From an uncultured Candidatus Saccharibacteria bacterium (GTDB lineage Bacteria; Patescibacteriota; Minisyncoccia; Phycocordibacterales; UBA9973), in NCBI GenBank assembly GCA_964645245.1, contig CAZYBS010000004.1, positions 1 through 56,406 of the forward strand: a DNA stretch of 56,406 nucleotides, read 5' to 3'. The translations under genes and the position numbers were made by a program. This document shows, one piece after another, positions 27,149-35,716 of this stretch; positions within the stretch are counted from its first letter, which is position 1, and every line of letters begins with the position of its first letter. The notes under the pieces were generated by a model, which saw only the letters and a list, made by a program, of their open reading frames with translations, was not told where the DNA came from and ran no database searches.

Positions 27149-27397
27149 ATGAAAAGTTATTCATTTCGCACGATAATTGAAAAAGACGGCAAACAATATC
27201 ACGGTTTTGTGCCGGCTCTTTTGGGTTGTCATACTTACGGCAAAACCATCGAGGAAACGAAAAAAAATCTAAATGAAGCGATTGAGAGCTATCTTATTTC
27301 CTGTATTAAACACGGAGATAGAATTCCAAGCGATAACGGACTTCAATCCATTGAAACTGTATCTATTCCGATTTTTTCCAAGAGGGCTTATGCCTAA
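27149..27397 (+). CDS. hicB: HicB-family antitoxin
   Basis: YSFRTIIEKDGKQYHGFVPALLGCHTYGKTIEETKKNLNEAIE typical HicB N-domain. Confidence 0.75.
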   Translation: MKSYSFRTIIEKDGKQYHGFVPALLGCHTYGKTIEETKKNLNEAIESYLISCIKHGDRIPSDNGLQSIETVSIPIFSKRAYA

Positions 27398-27629
27398 ATT
27401 GCCAAACATAAAAGGTAAACAACTTTTAAAAATTCTGCAAGGAATCGGTTATGATTTAGACCATATACAGGGTAGCCACCATGTGCTCCGACGTTCTGAT
27501 GGAAAGAAAACTACTATCCCAATCCACAGTAATAAAGAAATTCCTAAAGGTACGCTTTTGGGCATATTAACCGATTTAGATATTTCGAAAGAAGAGTTTA
27601 TTTCCTTATTAAAAAAGAAAAAACAATAA
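27390..27629 (+). CDS. hicA: HicA-family toxin
   Basis: KGKQLLKILQGIGYDLDHIQGSHHVL....KKTTIPIH. The ATG at 27390 overlaps the hicB stop. Confidence 0.8.
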   Translation: MPKLPNIKGKQLLKILQGIGYDLDHIQGSHHVLRRSDGKKTTIPIHSNKEIPKGTLLGILTDLDISKEEFISLLKKKKQ

Positions 27630-27631
27630 TT

Positions 27632-28519
27632 ATGCTAAAAGGAAGTTTAGTTAAAACAGTTACTTCTGACGGCTTAGAACTAGCTGGTTTTTGGGTAGAT
27701 GCTAAAAGTGATGTTGCCGTATTTCATTCTCATGGCACAGCTGGGGACTTTTACACCCATAAATTCATTGAAGTTGAGGGAGAGAAATTGGCACAAGAAG
27801 GCATCTCTTTTTTGACAGCCAATAATAGAGGGCACGATGTATATGCTGATATTAGAAAACATAAAAAAGGAAGGGTGGAGTGGACTCAAATTGGCGGGGG
27901 ATTTGAAAAATTTGAGGACTGTCTTTTGGATATTGAAGCTTGGATAAATTTTTTAATAAAAAATGGTGTAAAAAAAATTATTCTCCAAGGGCATAGTCTT
28001 TCTCAAAAAATTCTATATTACCAGTATGTTAAAAAAAATCCAAAAGTAATTGGTCAAATTCATCTATCACCGCAAAACGATGATGGTTTGATGTATTATT
28101 CTTTAGGTGAAAAGAAATATAGAGAAGTAAATAAAAAAATTAGGCAAATGATTAAAGAGGGTAAAGGAAATAAAATACTTCCCAAAAACCTTTCGCCAGT
28201 CAGTTATGTTACTTCAGCTCAGATGTACTCTGGTTATTTGACTGATTATGGAGCTGGGACTTTGACTCCTTATCACAATCCTCAATCCAAAAACTGGCAA
28301 GTGCTAGAAAAAACGAAAAGTCCCCTGTTGTTTATTTTTGGTAGTAAGGATATTTACATGAAACCGTCCCCAGAAATTGCCGCCAAACTTATAGAGGAAA
28401 AGACGAAATCAGCCAAATCAATTAGAGTCAAAATTATCAAAGGTGCCACCCATGGTTATATCGGTCATGAAAAAGAGTTAGTGAAAATTATTACTGATTG
28501 GGTTCTAAAATACAAATAG
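27632..28519 (+). CDS. alpha/beta-fold hydrolase
   Basis: HGTAGDFY oxyanion region, nucleophile-elbow-like LQGHSLSQ, C-terminal GATHGY. Confidence 0.6.
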   Translation: MLKGSLVKTVTSDGLELAGFWVDAKSDVAVFHSHGTAGDFYTHKFIEVEGEKLAQEGISFLTANNRGHDVYADIRKHKKGRVEWTQIGGGFEKFEDCLLDIEAWINFLIKNGVKKIILQGHSLSQKILYYQYVKKNPKVIGQIHLSPQNDDGLMYYSLGEKKYREVNKKIRQMIKEGKGNKILPKNLSPVSYVTSAQMYSGYLTDYGAGTLTPYHNPQSKNWQVLEKTKSPLLFIFGSKDIYMKPSPEIAAKLIEEKTKSAKSIRVKIIKGATHGYIGHEKELVKIITDWVLKYK

Positions 28520-28542
28520 ATAAATATCTCTGTATAAAATTA

Positions 28543-28791
28543 CTACGCTTTTATCAAACCAGCCTTGAGGAGCGTGGCATAGGCGCCGCGCTTTTTCATG
28601 GTGCGCAGGCCTTGGACGGAGACTTCTATATTGATGTATTTATTGATTTCAGGAATAAAAATTCTCTTCTTTTGAAGATTTAAGTATTTTCGGACTTTGC
28701 CGGTAGGGTTAAATTTAGTGGCACGAGTCCTGTTGGAATACCCGCCCCCGACAATTGAACCCTTTTTTGTTATCGCGCATATTTTCGCCAT
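28543..28791 (-). CDS. rpmB: 50S ribosomal protein L28
   Basis: MAKICAITKKGSIVGGGYSNRTRATKF..N(L)QKKRIF typical L28. Confidence 0.9.
   Translation of the reverse strand: MAKICAITKKGSIVGGGYSNRTRATKFNPTGKVRKYLNLQKKRIFIPEINKYINIEVSVQGLRTMKKRGAYATLLKAGLIKA
28551..28635. repeat. direct repeat copy 2 (inside rpmB 3' end), paired with 27031-27115
   Basis: About 85 bp aligned. The distal 45 bp are identical except for one base. Confidence 0.75.
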
Positions 28792-28823
28792 GATTTTTTC
28801 ATGTTATCATTACATACAGCATT

Positions 28824-29444
28824 ATGCAAGCGACTGATGCAATTTTTTATATAGCCATACTGGTGATGTCAATCGTCATTCACGAAGTCTCGCACGGCTT
28901 TATGGCGGAATATTTCGGTGACCAGACGGCGCGGTATGCCGGCCGTCTTACTCTCAATCCCCTGAAGCATTTAGATTTATTTGGCTCGGTTCTTTTGCCA
29001 GCGTTTTTGGTTTTATCAAATGCTCCTTTTTTGTTTGGCTGGGCGAAACCGGTGCCGTATAATCCGGATAATTTAAGCAATAAGAAATGGGGAACTGTAG
29101 CCGTCGCTGCGGCTGGAGTACTCGCCAATTTCTCCATCGCAATTTTATTTGGAATTATCACTCGTCTTACCTCTGGCCTGGCAATGCCCGCGGGTTTTTA
29201 TTTTATAACTTCCGTAATTATTATAGTGAATCTCGCTTTAGGAATATTCAACTTAGTCCCAATTTCACCTCTTGATGGTTCCAAAATACTTCTATCTTTT
29301 TTGCCCGAATCTTTTTCGGGAATAGTGAGACTATCTGAGCAATATTCTCTCATCTTGCTCCTTATTTTTATTGTTTTCTTCGCTAATTACTTATCTCCAA
29401 TACTCTCTTATCTTTTTACCCTTATCACTGGGCTTGCGCTTTAA
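28824..29444 (+). CDS. site-2 protease family (peptidase M50) membrane metalloprotease
   Basis: HEVSHG (HExxH) and NLVPISPLDGSK motifs. Confidence 0.75.
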   Translation: MQATDAIFYIAILVMSIVIHEVSHGFMAEYFGDQTARYAGRLTLNPLKHLDLFGSVLLPAFLVLSNAPFLFGWAKPVPYNPDNLSNKKWGTVAVAAAGVLANFSIAILFGIITRLTSGLAMPAGFYFITSVIIIVNLALGIFNLVPISPLDGSKILLSFLPESFSGIVRLSEQYSLILLLIFIVFFANYLSPILSYLFTLITGLAL

Positions 29445-29497
29445 GATTATAAATAGTATATTATTTCCATAGTCCTATGGGGCTTTTTTGTTTGTTT

Positions 29498-29914
29498 ATG
29501 CCAACAATTAACCAGTTAATTAAAAAAAATAGGGTCAAAGTCCATGCCAAGCACAAGACTGTAGCCTTGGCCAAGGGCTTCAATGTCTTAAAAAATAGAC
29601 CGGTCTTTTTCCCGGCACCTTTTAAGCGTGGTGTTTGTACGAAAGTTTCCACCACGACTCCCAAGAAGCCAAACTCGGCATTGCGAAAGATTGCCAGAGT
29701 CCGCTTGACCAATGGTATGGAAGTTACGGCTTATATTCCGGGCGAAGGCCATAATTTACAAGAACACTCCGTGGTTATGCTGCGCGGAGGACGCGTGAAA
29801 GACTTGATTGGAGTCAGATATCATATTGTGCGCGGAGTTTTGGATACGCAAGGAGTTGAAAAACGCAAACAAGGCAGGTCTTTATATGGCAACAAGAAGC
29901 CGAAGAGTAAGTAA
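29498..29914 (+). CDS. rpsL: 30S ribosomal protein S12
   Basis: [10 protein letters not shown] start, [10 protein letters not shown] motif. ATG at 29498 within ORF 29477..29914. Confidence 0.95.
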   Translation: MPTINQLIKKNRVKVHAKHKTVALAKGFNVLKNRPVFFPAPFKRGVCTKVSTTTPKKPNSALRKIARVRLTNGMEVTAYIPGEGHNLQEHSVVMLRGGRVKDLIGVRYHIVRGVLDTQGVEKRKQGRSLYGNKKPKSK

Positions 29915-29979
29915 CTAGTTTCTAGTTGCTAGTGACTAGTAAGAATACTAGAACCTAGAAGCTAAAACCTAGAACCTAA
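29915..29979. repeat. CTAG-rich short repeat cluster between rpsL and rpsG
   Basis: Seven CTAG tetramers in ~65 nt. Palindrome AACTAGTTTCTAGTT. Direct repeats ACCTAGAA. Confidence 0.6.
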
Positions 29980-29986
29980 TCATTTT

Positions 29987-30457
29987 ATGAGACGCAAAGT
30001 TAAAAATAGAAATATAATTTCCCCTGATTTCGTCTACAATTCCCAGAAATTAGAGAAATTTATCAATTACATCATGTGGTCTGGGAAAAAAGAAACTGCC
30101 AGAAAAGTAATGTATCAGGCTTTTGATGTGATCAAAGAAAAAACAGGCAACCCGAATCCATTGGAAATTTTTGATTTGGCGCTTAGAAATGCTGGTCCCT
30201 CAACCGAAGTGCGTTCCAAGCGCATCGGGGGCGCGAACTATCAGGTACCGATAGAAGTGCGAGCTGAACGCCGTCTGGCTTTAGCTATGCGCTGGATTCG
30301 CGACGCGGCTCGCAGTGGCAAAGGGCGTCCGATGCATTTGAAACTGGCCGATGAGTTGATTTCCGCTTCCAGGAACGAAGGTTCGGCGATTAAAAAGAAA
30401 GAAGACACGCACAAGATGGCCGAGGCCAATAAAGCTTTTGCCCATTTTGCATGGTGA
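29987..30457 (+). CDS. rpsG: 30S ribosomal protein S7
   Basis: Typical S7 length and motifs (GKKETARKV, VRSKRIGGANYQVP, ..HFAW end). Confidence 0.95.
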   Translation: MRRKVKNRNIISPDFVYNSQKLEKFINYIMWSGKKETARKVMYQAFDVIKEKTGNPNPLEIFDLALRNAGPSTEVRSKRIGGANYQVPIEVRAERRLALAMRWIRDAARSGKGRPMHLKLADELISASRNEGSAIKKKEDTHKMAEANKAFAHFAW

Positions 30458-30506
30458 TAGAAAATAAGGAGCAAGGCGACTATATTTTCATCATCCTGCT
30501 CAAATT
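30457..30506. repeat. direct repeat copy 1 flanking island D (starts at the rpsG stop)
   Basis: ATAGAAAATAAGGAGC..GGCGACTATATTTTCAT.. recurs at 31483-31533 (roughly 40 of 50 positions). Confidence 0.7.
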
Positions 30507-30561
30507 TTGCCGCTGCTTACTCTAAATGTTTTAAATAAACACTTAACTCAATATTGAAAAT

Positions 30562-30616
30562 AAAATCTGCGGGGCCGAATAGGCCGTCCCTCATGGGCGA
30601 AGCGGATTTTTCTGTT
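30562..30616 (+). terminator. branched stem-loop plus T-tract downstream of rpsG
   Basis: Outer stem AAAATCTGC/GCGGATTTT encloses hairpins GGCC-GAATA-GGCC and CCC-TCAT-GGG, followed by TTTTTCTGTTT. Confidence 0.45.
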
Positions 30617-30642
30617 TATATCCCGTAAAATTTAGGCTAGAT

Positions 30643-30709
30643 AATAAGAAAGTCCCGGCAACCACGAAGGCCGCCGGGACTGAGATGCGCGAGTGCTAGG
30701 CCACTCGCG
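30643..30709 (-). terminator. tandem hairpin terminator of island D gene
   Basis: CGCGAGTG/CACTCGCG (30688-30709) and AGTCCCGGC/GCCGGGACT (30651-30681), followed on the minus strand by TTCTTATT. Confidence 0.55.
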
Positions 30710-30750
30710 AGTTGATGATTTTTTCCGTTTACCTAGAACGTCTTTTGCCG

Positions 30751-31287
30751 TTATTGTTTAACGGCTATTTCAAGCAACCTGAGATCGTTCGGCACGTCGA
30801 AGATATTGAACGCACTGGCGATGTTCTGAGCCCGTCGTACCGCTCTGTACGCCTTTCGGTCACCACGACGTGCGTTTCGCATAGCAGAGCGCTTGTCTCT
30901 CAGACCAAAGAGGGAGTTTACCTCCCAGCGCTCCACTTCCTCAACGCGTCCTCTACATGCGTTAAGCGAGCCAACACGCCGCTTGAGTTCTCGCTTGATT
31001 TCCTTCTCAAGCATCGGACGCTCACTCCAATCGGGAGGTATGTGATACGGTGGGTGCACTCTGTAGATGATACAGAAGATAATGCACCACCATGTCCACA
31101 CCAGACCCACGCCGATTCCGAGGATCGTTCCGCCCGCACTTGCCGTGAAGACGAGTGCCACCACGATGGTGATTAACCCGCCTTGAGTGGCTTGGACAGG
31201 CGCGTGGGCTTGCATATACATCAGTGTATAAACGAGCACCACGACTGAAGGGGCGCCAACCAACAGGTAGCCTAATGCTCTTCTCAC
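30751..31287 (-). CDS. hypothetical membrane protein, island D (178 aa)
   Basis: GTG start 5 nt after AAGGAGG. Two to three N-terminal TM helices, then an Arg/Glu-rich cytoplasmic tail. GC-rich. Confidence 0.5.
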   Translation of the reverse strand: MRRALGYLLVGAPSVVVLVYTLMYMQAHAPVQATQGGLITIVVALVFTASAGGTILGIGVGLVWTWWCIIFCIIYRVHPPYHIPPDWSERPMLEKEIKRELKRRVGSLNACRGRVEEVERWEVNSLFGLRDKRSAMRNARRGDRKAYRAVRRAQNIASAFNIFDVPNDLRLLEIAVKQ

Positions 31288-31379
31288 GATTTCCTCCTTC
31301 TGCGACCCTGTCTAAACTAGCTCCTTGCCAGTCAGACCTAAGCCTCTTTGGCTCAGTGAATCGCTCGAGACACTCGATC

Positions 31380-31408
31380 ATCATAGCACTTATTCCTATA
31401 AAAGTCAA
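31380..31408 (-). promoter_or_regulatory. sigma70-like promoter driving island D
   Basis: Minus strand reads TTGACT-17 nt-TATGAT. The GC-rich sequence begins immediately after the -10 box. Confidence 0.6.
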
Positions 31409-31425
31409 GGGCTAAAATAAAACTA

Positions 31426-31480
31426 TTGCAAAAAATAGCTTTATGCTATATAGTATTCCTAGCGCAACAGGCGCTTTTTA
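31426..31480 (+). promoter_or_regulatory. TTGCAA-17-TATAGT promoter followed at the predicted start by hairpin+T-run
   Basis: Promoter 31426-31454. AGCGC-AACAG-GCGCT hairpin 31461-31475, then TTTTT. Confidence 0.45.
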
Positions 31481-31482
31481 TT

Positions 31483-31533
31483 ATAGAAAATAAGGAGCTT
31501 TGGCGACTATATTTTCATAACCCTGTTAAATTA
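31483..31533. repeat. direct repeat copy 2 flanking island D
   Basis: See 30457-30506. Lies just upstream of the GIY-YIG gene. Confidence 0.7.
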
Positions 31534-31542
31534 TTTTAAATT

Positions 31543-31806
31543 ATGGGAAAGTACTACTATGTATATGTCTTACTGTCTGATAAAGATGGAAACTTCTATA
31601 CAGGTTTTACAGAAGATTTAAAATCAAGATTTGAGCGACACAGTAACAAGTTCGTAAAATCTACAAGAGATAGAGGTAAGCTTACCCTTGTATATTCTGA
31701 AGCTTGTTTAAGTAAAAAGGACGCCCTACACCGTGAGAAGTATTTGAAAACCTATCACGGCAAGCAATTTTTACGAAATAGGCTCAAATCTTATTTAACA
31801 GGGTAG
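31543..31806 (+). CDS. GIY-YIG nuclease family protein
   Basis: YYVYVLLSDKDGNFYTGFTEDLKSRFERH motif; 87 aa. Confidence 0.85.
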   Translation: MGKYYYVYVLLSDKDGNFYTGFTEDLKSRFERHSNKFVKSTRDRGKLTLVYSEACLSKKDALHREKYLKTYHGKQFLRNRLKSYLTG

Positions 31807-31841
31807 TGATTTTCTAATCGCTATGCTCAAGAAAATCAACT

Positions 31842-33989
31842 ATGGAACGCGATTACCCTTTAGAAAAAGTCAGGAATATTGGAATTATTGCGCACATTGA
31901 TGCGGGCAAGACGACGACGACCGAGCGGGTGCTTTTTTATACTGGCGTGTCGCATAAAATTGGTGAAGTGCATGAAGGGGATACGGTTACCGACTGGATG
32001 GAGCAAGAGCGGGAACGCGGGATTACAATTACCTCCGCCGCAGTCACCTGTTTCTGGACACCGACATATGCATTAACGGATAAGACAAAAAAACACCGCT
32101 TTAATATTATTGATACTCCAGGGCACATTGATTTCACCGTAGAAGTGAAACGTTCTCTGCGTGTTCTGGACGGCGCGGTAGTTGTTTTTGACGGTGTGGC
32201 TGGAGTAGAACCCCAGTCGGAGACAAATTGGCGTTACGCCGATGAAGCCAAAGTACCTCGTATTTGTTTTATAAATAAGTTGGACCGAACGGGGGCTTCT
32301 TTTGAGCATTCCTATGCGTCTATTTTAGACAGACTAAGTAAAAAAGCCGTATGCGTGCAAATTCCTATCGGCTTGGAAGAAAAGTTTGAAGGAGTTATTG
32401 ATTTGCTCCGCATGAAGGCTTATTACTTTGAAGGAGAAATGGGCAATCTGGTCATTGAAAAAGAAATTCCAGAAATTTTAAAAACCGAGGCGGAAAAATA
32501 TCATAGCGAATTAGTGGAAAAAATAGTTGAGACTGACGAAGTTATGATGACAGAATATTTAGAAGGCATGATTCCCAGTTTTGATACGCTGAAGAAAACT
32601 CTCCGCAAGGCGGTCATTGGGAATACTATTTTCCCAGTCTTCACCGGAAGCGCGTTAAAGAATAAAGGTGTTCAGCTAGTGCTAGACGCCGTGGTAGATT
32701 ATTTGCCGTCACCACTGGATATACCGCCAATTTCCGGCATTGACCCAAATACGGAGGAAATGATTAGCAGAAACGCATCCGACGAAGAGCCTTTCTCGGC
32801 GCTCGCTTTCAAAGTCGCGACCGACCCTTTCGTCGGCCAGCTTATTTTTTTCCGCGTTTATTCTGGAACCCTTTCGGCTGGCAGCTATGTCTACAATCCG
32901 CGCACGCAGAATAAAGAGCGCATCGGAAGAATTCTACGCATGCATGCCAACGACCGAGAAGAAGTAAAGAAAGTTTTTGCCGGAGAGATAGCGGCCGCGG
33001 TGGGGCTCAAGGACACTATCACCTCGGATACTCTTTGTGAGGAAAATAATCCGATTATTCTGGACAGAATTGTTTTCCCAGAGCCGGTCATATCGCTCCG
33101 CATTGAGCCCAAAACCAAAGCCGACCAGGAAAAAATGGGGATGGCTCTAAACCGCCTGGCGCAGGAGGACCCCACTTTTAAAGTTAGTACCGACCAGGAA
33201 ACGGGCGAGACGATTATCGCTGGTATGGGAGAATTGCATTTAGAAATTATTGTGGACCGCATGAAACGCGAATTTACCGTGGAGGCAAATGTCGGCAAAC
33301 CGCAAGTGGCATATCGTGAAACGATTACTAGCACCGCCGAGGCCGAAGGAAAATATATCAAGCAGTCAGGCGGACGCGGAAACTATGGACATGTCAGGAT
33401 CAAAGTCAAACCAATGGCCGCCCTTACCAAAGAAGAGCTGGAAGACTTGCCAAAAAATACTAAGAGGTCCCCGGGTTTTGAATTTATAAACACTATCAAG
33501 GGAGGGGTGATTCCGCAGGAATATATCATACCTTGCGAAAAAGGTTTCAAAGAAGGCTTGGAGCGTGGAATTTTGGCTGGATTCAAAATGGTTAATGTTT
33601 CAGTAGAGCTTTGGGATGGAAGCTATCATGAAGTTGACTCAAATGAAATGGCTTTCAAGATTGCTTCATCGATGGCCGTGCAAGACGCCTGCCGCCGGGC
33701 CAACCCGGTAATCTTGGAACCAATGATGAAAGTGGAAGTCGTCACCCCGGATAAATTCATGGGAGATGTCACCGGGAACCTTTCTTCTAAACGAGCCTTG
33801 ATCGAAGGAATGGAAGACCGCGGAATAAATAAAGTCATTCGCGCTCTGGTGCCTCTCTCGGAAATGTTCGGTTACATGACCGGACTGCGTTCCATGACCG
33901 AAGGCCGCGCCTCCTTCACGATGGAATTCTTTAGGTATGATATGGTCCCACAGAATGTAGCCGAGACGATAATCGCGGCCAGGAAATAA
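31842..33989 (+). CDS. fusA: elongation factor G
   Basis: [33 protein letters not shown] motifs; 715 aa. Confidence 0.97.
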   Translation: MERDYPLEKVRNIGIIAHIDAGKTTTTERVLFYTGVSHKIGEVHEGDTVTDWMEQERERGITITSAAVTCFWTPTYALTDKTKKHRFNIIDTPGHIDFTVEVKRSLRVLDGAVVVFDGVAGVEPQSETNWRYADEAKVPRICFINKLDRTGASFEHSYASILDRLSKKAVCVQIPIGLEEKFEGVIDLLRMKAYYFEGEMGNLVIEKEIPEILKTEAEKYHSELVEKIVETDEVMMTEYLEGMIPSFDTLKKTLRKAVIGNTIFPVFTGSALKNKGVQLVLDAVVDYLPSPLDIPPISGIDPNTEEMISRNASDEEPFSALAFKVATDPFVGQLIFFRVYSGTLSAGSYVYNPRTQNKERIGRILRMHANDREEVKKVFAGEIAAAVGLKDTITSDTLCEENNPIILDRIVFPEPVISLRIEPKTKADQEKMGMALNRLAQEDPTFKVSTDQETGETIIAGMGELHLEIIVDRMKREFTVEANVGKPQVAYRETITSTAEAEGKYIKQSGGRGNYGHVRIKVKPMAALTKEELEDLPKNTKRSPGFEFINTIKGGVIPQEYIIPCEKGFKEGLERGILAGFKMVNVSVELWDGSYHEVDSNEMAFKIASSMAVQDACRRANPVILEPMMKVEVVTPDKFMGDVTGNLSSKRALIEGMEDRGINKVIRALVPLSEMFGYMTGLRSMTEGRASFTMEFFRYDMVPQNVAETIIAARK

Positions 33990-34025
33990 CTTTTGTTTTT
34001 TATATTTTTTGCTACTATATTAGAG

Positions 34026-35102
34026 ATGCTTCTTACCCCATTTTACGACCCGGAAAAGTCTTACGAAGAGAATTTTAAAGAAGGCCCTTTTGGAGCTTTT
34101 GCCGACGGAGTGGTAATAGATTACGGAGGAAACTCCTCCGTAATGCCCAAGTTTGATTTTCTTGGTTTCAAAGTAAATTCGCCTTTTGGTATTGCCGCCG
34201 GACCGCTACTTAATGGTAATTTTATTAAGGCGGCACTTGATAAAGGTTTTGATATCCCGATGCAAAAAACTTTGCGCACTAGAAAAAGGCTGAGTCACGC
34301 CTGGCCGAATGTTTTACCCGTAGATGTATCTGGTGACTTAAAAATTAACTCTAGACCACTACACACAAAATCTAATTTTGAAGATCCAATTTCCATTACA
34401 AATTCCTTTGGTAATCCTTCAGTTGATCCGAGTGTTTGGCAAGAGGACCTTAAATCGGCTGTGGCTTATGCAAAAGGCGGGCAAATAGTCTCAGCTAGTT
34501 TTGAAGGTACAAGATGGGAAGGATGCAGCGAAGAAGATTATATAAATGATTGGGTTCTGGCAGCCAAGCTTTTAAAAGAAACAGGTGTTCATTTTATTGA
34601 AGCTAATTTGAGCTGCCCGAATGAAGGTATTACATCACTGCTTTGTTATGATGCATCGCGAGTGGAGATTATTGCGCGAGCTATCAAAAGAGAAATTGGG
34701 TCTTTGCCCTTGGTCCTGAAAATCTCTTATTTCACTGATGAAGCAGAGTTGCATGACCTGGTCAAGCGAGTCGGAAATATTGTGGATGGATTCGCTTCCA
34801 CTAATACTATCCAAGCCGAAGTAGTGGACAATAAAGGCAAGCAAATCCTGCCCGGGGAGGGGAGATTACGAAGCGGTATCTGTGGGTGCTCCGTGAAATG
34901 GGCAGGGTTAAGTATGGTAAAAAGATTAAAAAAACTGCGCGAAGAGTTAGGGTATTCATATGCTATTATCGGCGTCGGTGGAGTGATGACTCCGGAAGAT
35001 TTCTTTGAATATAGAAATGCCGGCGCGGATATCGTAATGTCGGCAACCGGCGCGATGTGGAACCCATATCTTGCAAAGGAGATTAAAGAAAGGTTAAGAT
35101 GA
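34026..35102 (+). CDS. pyrD: dihydroorotate dehydrogenase family (class 1-like)
   Basis: SPFGIAAGP and NLSCPN active-site motifs, C-terminal GVGGV. ATG at 34026. Confidence 0.65.
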   Translation: MLLTPFYDPEKSYEENFKEGPFGAFADGVVIDYGGNSSVMPKFDFLGFKVNSPFGIAAGPLLNGNFIKAALDKGFDIPMQKTLRTRKRLSHAWPNVLPVDVSGDLKINSRPLHTKSNFEDPISITNSFGNPSVDPSVWQEDLKSAVAYAKGGQIVSASFEGTRWEGCSEEDYINDWVLAAKLLKETGVHFIEANLSCPNEGITSLLCYDASRVEIIARAIKREIGSLPLVLKISYFTDEAELHDLVKRVGNIVDGFASTNTIQAEVVDNKGKQILPGEGRLRSGICGCSVKWAGLSMVKRLKKLREELGYSYAIIGVGGVMTPEDFFEYRNAGADIVMSATGAMWNPYLAKEIKERLR

Positions 35103-35716
35103 ATTATATGCGGGATATAATAAGTATTTTAAAAGGCGTCGGAGCAATTATTACTGATAGCCATTTTGTCGGTACTTCTGGCAGACATATGTCGGCATAT
35201 ATCAATAAAGATGCGCTTCTTCCCTACACGAAACATGTGTCAGAGGTTGGAAAGTTATTTGCAGAAAAATTTAAAAATAAAAAAATAGAAGCTGTAGTTG
35301 CTCCAGCAGTGGGAGGAATTCCTTTATCCCAATGGACTGCGTATCATTTGAGCAAAATGTCCAAAAAGGACGTTTTGAGTTTATATACCGAGAAGACTCC
35401 GGATAATAACCAGATATTAAAAAGAGATTATGAAAATTTGGTTAAGAATAAAAGAGTGCTTGTCGTTGAAGATACCACTACTACGGGCGGTTCAGTTAAA
35501 AAAGTAATACGAAGCGTTAAAAAAGCGAAAGGGAGGGTCGTCGCAGTATGCATTATGGTAAATCGAGATCCCAAAATAGTGAATTCCAAGAGTATCGGCG
35601 CGCCTTTTTCTTCCTTGGGAGTTTTTAAAGTACCTTCTTACGAAGCCAAGAACTGCCCGTTATGCAAAAAAGGCGTACCGATTAATACACAGTTGGGCCA
35701 TGGAAAAAAATTTTAG
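35099..35716 (+). CDS. pyrE: orotate phosphoribosyltransferase
   Basis: PRPP motif VLVVEDTTTTGGS. Confidence 0.8.
   Translation: MNYMRDIISILKGVGAIITDSHFVGTSGRHMSAYINKDALLPYTKHVSEVGKLFAEKFKNKKIEAVVAPAVGGIPLSQWTAYHLSKMSKKDVLSLYTEKTPDNNQILKRDYENLVKNKRVLVVEDTTTTGGSVKKVIRSVKKAKGRVVAVCIMVNRDPKIVNSKSIGAPFSSLGVFKVPSYEAKNCPLCKKGVPINTQLGHGKKF

Noticed and set aside
29915-29979. CRISPR array or CRISPR remnant
   Set aside because: The repeat units are 6-8 nt with no spacers of defined length. No cas genes or leader are present.
30712-31408. Plus-strand ORFs 30712..31176 and 31224..31415, and minus ORFs 30918..31139 and 31022..31408, in island D
   Set aside because: These are shadow ORFs typical of GC-rich DNA. 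They have no SD or promoter and low-complexity translations. The minus-strand 30751..31287 frame has a promoter, an SD, TM helices and terminators.
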